This document shows, in pieces, positions 18,566 to 25,603 of a DNA stretch of 30,850 nucleotides. The notes beneath the pieces are model-generated. The model saw only the letters and a list, made by a program, of their open reading frames with translations. It was not told where the DNA came from and did no database searches. The translations under genes and the position numbers were made by a program. The DNA is from a virus. Its lineage: Duplodnaviria; Caudoviricetes. Numbering within the stretch: the first letter of the stretch is position 1; each line of letters starts with the position of its first letter. Location of the stretch: IMG/VR virus record IMGVR_UViG_3300040971_000036, positions 1 through 30,850 of that record; one strand, 5' to 3'.

Positions 18566-19013
18566 GGTCCACCTTCACGATAAACTCAAGCTTGGCGCCG
18601 TCAGGGCCACTGTGCTCTAAACCAACCTTCTCCCCCCACTTCTTCGGGTTCCACTTCGCCAGGAGCTTCAGGCGGGTTTCGATCTGGAGCTTACGATGGC
18701 CCAGCATGTCGCCGCGCTTCGTTTCTACGTAGCCGTCCTCGTCGGTCTTCGTCTCCTCGCCCATTTGTGGAGTGTCGGCGATGGCAAGGCACTCCTGCGC
18801 TATGGCTTCCTCGCCGAGTTCCCGCGCACGCGCGATGCGGTCCGCGAACGCGCTGTCCTCGCCAAGCCACGCGTATATTCTTTGCCAGCTCGGATTGCCC
18901 TCCTGCCTGCAAAACTCGCGCAACGTCTTTCCTTCGGCTATCCACGCCTCAAGGGCGGCCAGTATCCCCTGGCGTTCGGCCTTGCTGCGTATTTTGCCTT
19001 TGCCCCTGCTCAT
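18549..19013 (-). CDS. terS: Terminase small subunit (Sf6 gp1-like)
   Basis: IAEGKTLREFCRQEGNPSWQRIYAW...ARARE...IAD...RKLQIETRLKLLAKWNPKKWGEK; directly upstream of terL. Confidence 0.88.
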   Translation of the reverse strand: MSRGKGKIRSKAERQGILAALEAWIAEGKTLREFCRQEGNPSWQRIYAWLGEDSAFADRIARARELGEEAIAQECLAIADTPQMGEETKTDEDGYVETKRGDMLGHRKLQIETRLKLLAKWNPKKWGEKVGLEHSGPDGAKLEFIVKVDRDPGA

Positions 19014-19035
19014 TCAAACACCTGTTTGATTGTCT

Positions 19036-19270
19036 GTCGCCCTTCACCACCAAGGGGTATAATCAGCCACCGGCCATCCGTTTTTTCCATCCCAGCAATA
19101 TCGAGCCTGCCTTGTACTCCCACCGTTCGATCTTCCCCTTGGGGCGACGCTGCCCGTGGTCGGCTCGCGCTCTTGCCTGCCGTAGCTGGCTGATCTGGTA
19201 CCCCGGCGCTCGTTTATCCTTTACCCCGGTCGGTGCCGGGCGATAGGCCCCCGGTGGTCGTGGGGGCTGG
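19036..19270 (-). ncRNA. Candidate structured RNA / 5' leader of terS
   Basis: Multiple nested complementary segments plus a crossing pairing (see findings); TATGCT -10-like hexamer at 19277-19282. Confidence 0.45.
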
Positions 19271-19292
19271 GTGGTTAGCATAAATGATTCTT

Positions 19293-19490
19293 TTACTGTC
19301 TAAACTGTCGGCAGATGCCAACGATGTCTGCGTCTGCGCCAGCGTATCGGAGCTGGTCACGCTCTGTAATGTATGCAGAAAGTATGCCCACGGCGCGCTC
19401 AAGCTGCGCCAGGCGGGCGTATAAAATAGCGCTGTCATCTGGCTTCGCCATGTCGTCGAGCGTGGGCGGTTCTTTTCGTGGTCGCGGCAT
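19293..19490 (-). CDS. Hypothetical protein
   Basis: 65 aa; start overlaps the upstream stop (TAATG). Confidence 0.65.
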   Translation of the reverse strand: MPRPRKEPPTLDDMAKPDDSAILYARLAQLERAVGILSAYITERDQLRYAGADADIVGICRQFRQ

Positions 19491-19741
19491 TATTTCTTCT
19501 CGTGAGTAGCGTTGCAGGTTGTCTCGATGATCGTCACGCGTCTGTCCACGCCGTTGACGATGAGCTTTAGGGCCTCATGGTCAGCCCATGTCACGCACTC
19601 TTTCTCCTGCTGCGCCTGCTTGGCTTCCATGCGGTCAAGCCGGGTGTCGACACGCCCCATCCAAGAACGCAGCGACCACCAGATAACGATGAGCAGCGCG
19701 CAGATTGTGGACAGCAGGAGGTTGGAGAGCTCAACGGGCAT
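19490..19741 (-). CDS. Single-TM coiled-coil protein (lysis-associated, holin/antiholin/XhlA-like)
   Basis: N-terminal hydrophobic helix LLLSTICALLIVIWW then heptad-like RVDTRLDRME...RRVTIIE; in the lysis region. Confidence 0.6.
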   Translation of the reverse strand: MPVELSNLLLSTICALLIVIWWSLRSWMGRVDTRLDRMEAKQAQQEKECVTWADHEALKLIVNGVDRRVTIIETTCNATHEKK

Positions 19742-19744
19742 CGT

Positions 19745-20245
19745 TCAGCCCCCCAGGCCGTTTGTTCTGGCGTATTCTCCGTAAGCGGCGATCGCAGCCC
19801 TGTCGTATGCCATCCCCGCCTCCCGCTCAGACAAAAACTTCCCAAGATATGTTTGCTTGTCGTTAATGCTGATGTTGGCGTACCAAGCCTTGTCGCGTTT
19901 GTGCCACGACACGCCCTTCAGTGCTGACGACCGTCCACCCTGCGGGCGCTGGTTGCGCTGGTTCTCGTGCTTCGTACAAACACGAAGATTGGCGCGGCAA
20001 TTGTTCAGCGCGTTCCCGTCGGCGTGGTCAACCTCCATGCCTTTAGGTGCGCCCGTGATGACACGGTGCAACAAAACAAGCTCACGAGATCCATCTGGCC
20101 TACCGATCTTCCTGGCAGCGTAAACACGCAGGGTTCCGTCCTTGCGCCTTGCTTCCTGTGCATGCCATTTTACGGTAGAAACCATTTCGTAATCCTCGTC
20201 GTCGACAATCGCTATATGCCCATTGGAAAGGACGAGATGTCTCAT
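19745..20245 (-). CDS. HNH endonuclease with C-terminal AP2 domain
   Basis: AIVDDEDYE, LHRVI...EVDHADGNALNNCRANLR...N, SSALKGVSW...YLGKF...AYDRAAIAAYGEYARTN. Confidence 0.92.
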   Translation of the reverse strand: MRHLVLSNGHIAIVDDEDYEMVSTVKWHAQEARRKDGTLRVYAARKIGRPDGSRELVLLHRVITGAPKGMEVDHADGNALNNCRANLRVCTKHENQRNQRPQGGRSSALKGVSWHKRDKAWYANISINDKQTYLGKFLSEREAGMAYDRAAIAAYGEYARTNGLGG

Positions 20246-20274
20246 TCTGCACCCCTGTAGTGCCCCGATTGTTC

Positions 20275-20331
20275 TCTTTTGGGAAAGCGAGTCAGGTTCT
20301 CGCCTTGTCGGATGCCTCCTATCCCAAAAGA
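20275..20331 (-). promoter_or_regulatory. Three-way-junction RNA element between holin and HNH gene
   Basis: Perfect 10 bp inverted repeat TCTTTTGGGA/TCCCAAAAGA enclosing two hairpins. Confidence 0.5.
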
Positions 20332-20338
20332 AAAATTG

Positions 20339-20695
20339 CTATGAGAGCCCGAGCATGCCGAGCAACACGCGGCCCAAGAGCGCCATCTCTTCCGCCGCGT
20401 AGCCGGGGAAATTAGAACCTGGGAACAGACCGATAAGGAGCGGGCGCACGACAAGCTGCCAAACCATCGCAGTGCCCATGCACCAGCCCACCCAGCCGCG
20501 CCAGGACTTGAGCAGGCCGACAAGGCCACCGCTGCCAGAGGTCTGAGCCTCCGCGGTGTTCGTGGCCTGCTGGCCCATGGCCTCGTCGTGGGTGTGCTGC
20601 TGCGCAAGCTCCTTGTTGGGCCAGATGCGCTTGACGATGGTGTCAAACAGGCCGGTGATGGCCGATACGGGGTTGAAAGAGTCGAGCAGTCCCAT
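20339..20695 (-). CDS. Holin (GTA 3TM-holin-like)
   Basis: WRGWVGWCMG and terminal LLGMLGL motifs, hydrophobic segments, adjacent to the endolysin. Confidence 0.8.
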   Translation of the reverse strand: MGLLDSFNPVSAITGLFDTIVKRIWPNKELAQQHTHDEAMGQQATNTAEAQTSGSGGLVGLLKSWRGWVGWCMGTAMVWQLVVRPLLIGLFPGSNFPGYAAEEMALLGRVLLGMLGLS

Positions 20696-20698
20696 GGC

Positions 20699-21244
20699 TT
20701 ACCCCTCCGCCAGTTTGCGCGCCGCAGCCATGCAGGCCAGCACGCGGGTTTCCCAGCCCTTGCCGAACTTCGGCCAAGTCGGAAGCGAACGCAGATACGC
20801 GAGGCGCGAGGCCCCGTATGCATTGATGACGGCGCCCATAAGGTCCGGGCTCAAGGTGTTGGCGATGGCGCAGGTGTGCGGCCCGATCTTGCCGTCTGCG
20901 GCAACGCCCAGGCGGTCTTGCAGCCTGCGGCAGGCCACGCCAACGCCGGAGTTGTATGCGAAGTCCACCAGCATGAGCGCCAGAGGCGCGGGCAGCATGT
21001 CGGCATGGCAGGGGTCGAAGTAGTCGTTCTTGAAGATAGCCTTGGCTTCCTCGACAGTCAGGAGCCGCACGTCGTCGGCGTCAATGTCGCCGTCGCGGTC
21101 CTTGTCGCCAATGTCGTCCCGGTGGGCGCGGATGCTCACGCCGTGGTTGGTCGCCCCGCCTGGGTCGGCTGGATTGTCAGAGAAGCCGCCCTCGACGCTA
21201 GGGCCAAGGGTGAAGGCTATGCAGGTTTCGAATTTTGTCGCCAC
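20699..21244 (-). CDS. Endolysin, glycoside hydrolase family 108 with C-terminal peptidoglycan-binding region
   Basis: EGGFSDNPADPGGATNHGVS, DFAYNSG, ADGKIGPHT, FGKGWETR; GTG start at 21244 with GGGGGAG RBS. Confidence 0.92.
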   Translation of the reverse strand: MATKFETCIAFTLGPSVEGGFSDNPADPGGATNHGVSIRAHRDDIGDKDRDGDIDADDVRLLTVEEAKAIFKNDYFDPCHADMLPAPLALMLVDFAYNSGVGVACRRLQDRLGVAADGKIGPHTCAIANTLSPDLMGAVINAYGASRLAYLRSLPTWPKFGKGWETRVLACMAAARKLAEG

Positions 21245-21246
21245 GT

Positions 21247-21389
21247 CTCCCCCTCGCTTTTGCGGGCTGGCCGGGTTGCCGTGTGGTGCGCCGCAGGCAG
21301 GAAGAAGCACCCGCAACACCCACCATGACGCATCACCGGCCCAGGCCCGTTTGCGGGGGATTATACGGGGGCTATGAGATTGCGGGCAA
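21247..21389 (-). promoter_or_regulatory. Candidate late promoter (TTGCCC-N18-TATAAT) and long hairpin leader of the endolysin
   Basis: TATAAT at 21365-21360 and TTGCCC at 21389-21384; the downstream 114 nt are self-complementary with many G-U pairs on the minus strand. Confidence 0.6.
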
Positions 21390-21602
21390 TGGAGCGGGGT
21401 CTACGTGTAGACCGGGCTCGTCGAGGTACAGGCCAATGTCGAGCGTGACGAGCATCTTGCCCTTGCGCCCGCAGCCCGTGCATTTCACCAGGCACTCACG
21501 CACAAGCAGGCCGGTGCGTTCCTCGGCGAAAAGCGCGCCGGATTTTCGGACCGTGATTGCGCCGGAGCAGGCAGGGCAAGGAATGTGGGGTTCTGGCATC
21601 AT
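21372..21602 (-). CDS. Small zinc-ribbon protein (possible late regulator)
   Basis: CPAC...CTGC; last gene before the lysis/late module; ATGA overlap. Confidence 0.6.
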   Translation of the reverse strand: MMPEPHIPCPACSGAITVRKSGALFAEERTGLLVRECLVKCTGCGRKGKMLVTLDIGLYLDEPGLHVDPAPLPAIS

Positions 21603-21790
21603 GCATCCTCGGCTGTAGGCTTCGTGTACGGGTTGTTTTCCTCGGTAAGGCGGAACGTGTAGCGCAACAGCATCTCGTCGCCCTTGCGCCAGGTCTCTAC
21701 AAGCTGGCCAGTGGCCAAGTTGCCTATGGTGCGCTCCTGCGCGCGCTTCTGGAAATAGCGCACTTCGTGGGGGGTGATGGGCCCACTCAT
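21599..21790 (-). CDS. Hypothetical protein
   Basis: 63 aa; ATGA overlaps at both ends. Confidence 0.65.
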   Translation of the reverse strand: MSGPITPHEVRYFQKRAQERTIGNLATGQLVETWRKGDEMLLRYTFRLTEENNPYTKPTAEDA

Positions 21791-22038
21791 CTCTGGCTCA
21801 GCATTGTCTTGTCTTCGTCCAGCAGCCGGATGAAGCGCAGCGCGCTTGCCGCCACGTGCAAAAGCTCCATACGCAGCGCCGGGCGGTTCACAGGCTTGCC
21901 CCAGACCTCGGCCCAGGCCTCCTGCTCCTCGCGGCGCAGGACGGCGGCGGCGTGCTGGATTGTGGGGAATGGGCCGTGCAAAGTGTCGGCGCGGGCGGCT
22001 TCGGCCAGGACGTCGGCGGTGATGCGGGAGAGGCTCAC
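21787..22038 (-). CDS. MazG-like all-alpha NTP pyrophosphohydrolase-like protein
   Basis: GTG start with GAGG RBS; HAAAVLRREEQEAWAEV...RMELLHVAASALRF. Confidence 0.55.
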   Translation of the reverse strand: MSLSRITADVLAEAARADTLHGPFPTIQHAAAVLRREEQEAWAEVWGKPVNRPALRMELLHVAASALRFIRLLDEDKTMLSQR

Positions 22039-22343
22039 GCCGCCACCTCGGGCCAGGGCTTGGCCCCTATGGCGCATAGGGCTTCAGTGGGGTTTCTGGC
22101 GATGTGCACCGGGCCTTGTCCACGCAGCTTGACCAGCGTTTCGATTTCCTTCGCGGTCAGCTTCTGAGCGCTTGGCGGCTTGCTACCGTCTTTGACCTCG
22201 ATTACGAACCATTGCCCCCTGTAGGCCACCAGCAGATCGTAAGGCTCACCTGAGATGTGCACGTAGGCACCGACCATGCGCAGCACCTCGACGATGCCCG
22301 GCTGGTTGGCGTCTACGGCTTTGGCTCTGGCGAGGCGCTTCAC
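22035..22343 (-). CDS. VRR-NUC / PD-(D/E)XK nuclease (putative resolvase)
   Basis: VDANQPGIV...PYDLLVAYRG...IEVKDGSKPPSAQKLT. Confidence 0.8.
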   Translation of the reverse strand: MKRLARAKAVDANQPGIVEVLRMVGAYVHISGEPYDLLVAYRGQWFVIEVKDGSKPPSAQKLTAKEIETLVKLRGQGPVHIARNPTEALCAIGAKPWPEVAA

Positions 22344-22744
22344 TTCCCACCTCCCAACACCTTGAGCGCGGCGGCGGCGAGGACGCGGGGGGGAGACATA
22401 AGCGCAGCGCCAATTCCAATAATGTCGGGTGCAAGCTCGCGTTCGCGCATTGTCAACTTGCGCGCCAGCATTGACGCTTCTACTCTCTTTTGCGTTTCGA
22501 CCGGAGCGTCGTCAAGAATAGCAAGTGCTAACTGCGGAAACAGCCCTCGCCTCTCAACTTCCGGCAGCACGTGCTCCGCGAGGTGGTTGCGATCCGTGGC
22601 GGGGGAGAAGTGCCCTTGGTATATACGCGGGTTGTAACCTCCTTCGTTTGGCGGAAGTTCCCACATGCTGTGGCCCTCAATGCCAACAACATCTTCCCAC
22701 CCCAGCACATCAGCCAGCTTGCGATTCAGTTCGGCGTCAGTCAT
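22340..22744 (-). CDS. Hypothetical phage protein (phage ABA-sandwich-like N-terminus)
   Basis: MTDAELNRKLADVLGW...FSPATD...AAALK; GGAGG RBS. Confidence 0.6.
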   Translation of the reverse strand: MTDAELNRKLADVLGWEDVVGIEGHSMWELPPNEGGYNPRIYQGHFSPATDRNHLAEHVLPEVERRGLFPQLALAILDDAPVETQKRVEASMLARKLTMRERELAPDIIGIGAALMSPPRVLAAAALKVLGGGK

Positions 22745-22901
22745 TATTTCCCTCCTCCTGCCGCCTTCGCGGCCCACTCTCGGTTAATGCACCCTCGCGC
22801 CCTATCCAGAGCCATTGCCCCGCATCCTGTGCCTGGCGTCTTGTCCTCGCGCCTTTGCTCCCAAGCGTTGCAGTTGGCGAGGCAGAAGGTGGGTGGAGGG
22901 G

Positions 22902-23135
22902 CTACCACCAATCCCACAGCACCGTCCTTTTCACGACGGGCCGCAACTCCGTTTCGTCGATGCGCTTCCACCTACGCCTGGCGCGACGGCGAAATTTCTT
23001 TTTGAAGGCTGCGCTTGGCCCAAGGTTCGACGGCCCGTCGCGATGAACTTCCCACGGTTTTATCCAGCCCAGCGCAAGGCTGATGCCTCGGTTTCCCATG
23101 CATCCACGGAAGTTGCTTCTGCGGGTTCTGCTCAT
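22902..23135 (-). CDS. Small basic hypothetical protein
   Basis: 77 aa from ATG 23135 (ATGA overlap); Arg/Lys-rich, ends WDWW. Confidence 0.6.
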   Translation of the reverse strand: MSRTRRSNFRGCMGNRGISLALGWIKPWEVHRDGPSNLGPSAAFKKKFRRRARRRWKRIDETELRPVVKRTVLWDWW

Positions 23136-23587
23136 ATCCGTACATCCGCGAAGCAGCGGCCAGCGGTGAACAAATCGGCAAGCCCGTTCAGCCCGTCCGC
23201 ACCATTCATCGCCCGCCACTTCGCCCGGCAGACCGGGCAGCGGTAATCCCAGGTTGCCTCTCCGCAGTCGTGGCAACGCCGCATCGCGTTCAGGGGCGCG
23301 TCAAGCGACTTTCTCTCCCTGGATGATGCAAGGACAGCCTGACGCGTCAAACCGCGCTCCTGACGCTTCTCACGCGCCTTTCTGGCCTCTCTGGCGAGAG
23401 AACAGACTTTGCCGCAAGTCTTGGCCGCGAACTTCGAGCGGCTGGGGACCATCGCCTTGCCGCATTCCGAGCAGTTGCGCTTTGCGGCCTCGATGCCAGC
23501 GCCGCCGCAGGAAGGGCAGTCCTTCTTGCTCAACCAGTTGGGGATCCAGTATGCGGCCTGGCAGGCCCGGCACGTGATCTTCTGCAT
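23132..23587 (-). CDS. Multi-zinc-finger protein
   Basis: CRAC, CPSC, CSEC, CGKVC, CHDC, CPVC; AGGAGAAAGGA RBS. Confidence 0.75.
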   Translation of the reverse strand: MQKITCRACQAAYWIPNWLSKKDCPSCGGAGIEAAKRNCSECGKAMVPSRSKFAAKTCGKVCSLAREARKAREKRQERGLTRQAVLASSRERKSLDAPLNAMRRCHDCGEATWDYRCPVCRAKWRAMNGADGLNGLADLFTAGRCFADVRI

Positions 23588-23652
23588 TGTCCTTTCTCCT
23601 CTCTGCCTGCTCTTGCCCTGCTGGGAGGGCGGGCGGTTAGATCTAGTTAACG

Positions 23653-24219
23653 CTAGGCTGATGCTTCGGTGGTTGCCGCACGCATGCGGTCAAAACTCGC
23701 CAGGATGTCTCCTGGGACAAGGTTCCCGCCTTCGGCCCCCCTGGCCTTGGACCACTCCACTACGTGCTTCTGGTAGGCATTCCACCACTTCGCCTGCACC
23801 TTGCGCTCTCCGCTGGGGCAGACCATGTAGCCAAGAGACAGCATCTTCCCCCTATTCCCGGCGTACTTGTGGCCGGGGTAGCAACGTTCGCAGGTGCAAA
23901 CGTAGGTGTTTACCTGCCCGGTATTTGGGTCTTTGCGATATCCGGTTATTGTCCCGTCTCCGTCACAGTTGGCGCAGCCCTTCGCGGCTCCTTCTCCGGC
24001 GTGGGAGTCAATGGCGCACCAGATGTCGAGGATCGCCTTACCCAGATTCATCGGCATAGAATCCTTGGTGTCTTCCAGGCGTTCAACGATGTCCTTCACG
24101 TAAATGCCGGGAATGTGCTTCACGCGCAACCAGGTGCGGTTCTTGGTAGCTGGGTTTATTGCTTTGCCGAACGTCCCATGCAGCGCTGTGCAGATGCCCT
24201 CAAACTCGAATTCGGTCAT
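23653..24219 (-). CDS. Putative helicase loader / replication accessory protein with Zn motif
   Basis: Coupled (ATGA) to the initiator gene; MTEFEF helical N-terminus, CANCDGDG...CTCERC. Confidence 0.5.
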   Translation of the reverse strand: MTEFEFEGICTALHGTFGKAINPATKNRTWLRVKHIPGIYVKDIVERLEDTKDSMPMNLGKAILDIWCAIDSHAGEGAAKGCANCDGDGTITGYRKDPNTGQVNTYVCTCERCYPGHKYAGNRGKMLSLGYMVCPSGERKVQAKWWNAYQKHVVEWSKARGAEGGNLVPGDILASFDRMRAATTEASA

Positions 24220-25043
24220 GATGCCTTTGACCTTCCTTCCGCTTTCACGCGCTCTCGTTCGATGATCGAATCCAGGTCCATGGGCAGGTCTTCGCCAAAT
24301 GCTCCGAGCTTACCGGATTGCGATGCTTCCATCTTGATTGCCAACTGGTCAAACTGCTTTCGGAGCTTCAACGTAGACAGGATGTTTACCGCCCAACAGA
24401 AACCAGTGCCGTCTCGCGGTATGTTATCGGCTTGTGCCCACTTGATTACGTCTCGGACGTGCTCCGGTTCACGCTTGTCGATTCGTAGCATCAGGTCGAC
24501 GTGCTTGGCCCAGGCTTGCAAGTCGGGCTGCTTAAATTCAGGGCGGTTTAATCGGATGCGGTTGAACAGGTATGTGGCAAGTCGAAGCTCGATAGAGCCT
24601 TCGACAAAAGGAATGTCTTTCTTCTTTTCATTCTTTACATTCTTGATAGTGTCCGTCTGGTGTCCGTTTGGTGTACCGCTTGCTGTACCGTTTGCTGTAC
24701 CGTTGTTTGGGCCATCGCCCTGGTATTTGTCGTAATTCAATACGGTTACGACTGTAGTTTTGTTGTCCTGGCTGGTGGCTAACATTTGGTCGTTTTCAAG
24801 CTCTCTCAAAAAACGTCTTACCTTACCGCGAGACCACTTCCAGCGCTCGGACAGGGTGAGTTCGGAATAGCCAATCTGACCACGGGAAAGCTCTATCTTA
24901 ATTCCCCTTACGCGGATGGAGCTTGGCCCATGCCCAGCCAAGGCAAAAAGATCTACCCAGGCTTGCCCCCTGGTGAACGGTTCGGAGAGCCACAGCGGAC
25001 TACTCAAGAATGGACGATGAAATTTGCACCATCCTTCGGCCAT
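24216..25043 (-). CDS. Phage replication initiator (lambda O / replisome organiser-like)
   Basis: GWCKFHR...PFTRGQAWVDL...RGQ...SELTLSERWKWSRGKVRRFL...TVLNYDKYQ; C-terminal WAVNILSTLKLRKQFDQL. Confidence 0.85.
   Translation of the reverse strand: MAEGWCKFHRPFLSSPLWLSEPFTRGQAWVDLFALAGHGPSSIRVRGIKIELSRGQIGYSELTLSERWKWSRGKVRRFLRELENDQMLATSQDNKTTVVTVLNYDKYQGDGPNNGTANGTASGTPNGHQTDTIKNVKNEKKKDIPFVEGSIELRLATYLFNRIRLNRPEFKQPDLQAWAKHVDLMLRIDKREPEHVRDVIKWAQADNIPRDGTGFCWAVNILSTLKLRKQFDQLAIKMEASQSGKLGAFGEDLPMDLDSIIERERVKAEGRSKAS
24617..24707. repeat. Iteron-like 11-12 bp tandem repeats plus AT-rich tract (probable replication origin)
   Basis: TGTCCGTCTGG, TGTCCGTTTGG, TGTACCGCTTGC, TGTACCGTTTGC, TGTACCGTTGTT at 24650-24707 next to T-rich 24617-24649, in the initiator linker. 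Confidence 0.7.
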
Positions 25044-25046
25044 GGC

Positions 25047-25289
25047 CTACTCCGCCAATCCAAGAACCTGCATCATGGCCCGGATGTTCTTCTTCGACGT
25101 GTGTCCGAACCTGCCACCCTTGAACGACATCAAGGAGCGAAACAGCAAGCGGACCGTTACCGGAACTTCCGCAATCTGATTGTTAAGGCTATCCACCTCG
25201 CGTAGCAGCATGTGTGCCTGGAATTTCTTTTCCTCGTACTTTCGCTTCCAACTCATCCTTTCGATGGGTTGTCGGATGTCAGAGTTCAT
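25047..25289 (-). CDS. Hypothetical protein
   Basis: 80 aa; ATGA overlap with the Cro-like gene. Confidence 0.65.
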   Translation of the reverse strand: MNSDIRQPIERMSWKRKYEEKKFQAHMLLREVDSLNNQIAEVPVTVRLLFRSLMSFKGGRFGHTSKKNIRAMMQVLGLAE

Positions 25290-25495
25290 TCCGTACCCCC
25301 CCGTCTACCATAAGCTTTGCGCTGATATATTATCGCACCAACCTTAGATAGCAGAGCAGGGCCAAACCCTTTGCGCTCCCCGGTTAGAACTCGTGCGATG
25401 TATTGCCAGCGTTTCAAACCAATAAGGGCCGCAAGTTCTTTTGGGCCCGTCCCTGTCCGATCAAAATAGTTTGCAAGATCATCCTGTATGTTCAT
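25286..25495 (-). CDS. Cro-like helix-turn-helix regulator
   Basis: 69 aa; GPKELAALIGLKRWQYIARVLTGERK HTH pattern; first gene of the leftward arm. Confidence 0.75.
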   Translation of the reverse strand: MNIQDDLANYFDRTGTGPKELAALIGLKRWQYIARVLTGERKGFGPALLSKVGAIIYQRKAYGRRGGTE

Positions 25496-25499
25496 GGAT

Positions 25500-25603
25500 C
25501 TTTTTTGCCATATCACTGGGGCGGAGTCAAGCCCAAGTTGGGCAAACTTTGCAAAAATATTTACCCAAATGGGGTTGACATAAGTTTTCGGCTGTGTGAG
25601 AAG
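25500..25603. promoter_or_regulatory. Divergent promoters with dyad operator-like sites
   Basis: TTGACT on minus (25530-25525) and TTGACA on plus (25575-25580) back to back; palindrome GCCCAAGTTGGGC 25531-25543; both -10 boxes degenerate. Confidence 0.65.

Noticed and set aside
19063-19281. 72 aa minus-strand ORF upstream of terS
   Set aside because: No clear SD, Arg/Pro-rich, and its ATG lies inside the candidate -10 box. RNA structure explains the region better, but coding is not excluded
20242-20823. 193 aa ORF overlapping holin and endolysin (possible embedded spanin)
   Set aside because: No lipobox or signal peptide; low-complexity alternate frame
22744-22971. 75 aa ORF filling the gap 22745-22901
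   Set aside because: Its stop abuts the next start, but the start site and RBS are unclear; insufficient support
24650-24707. CRISPR-like or VNTR interpretation of the repeats
   Set aside because: No spacers; the short tandem units inside an initiator gene fit iterons
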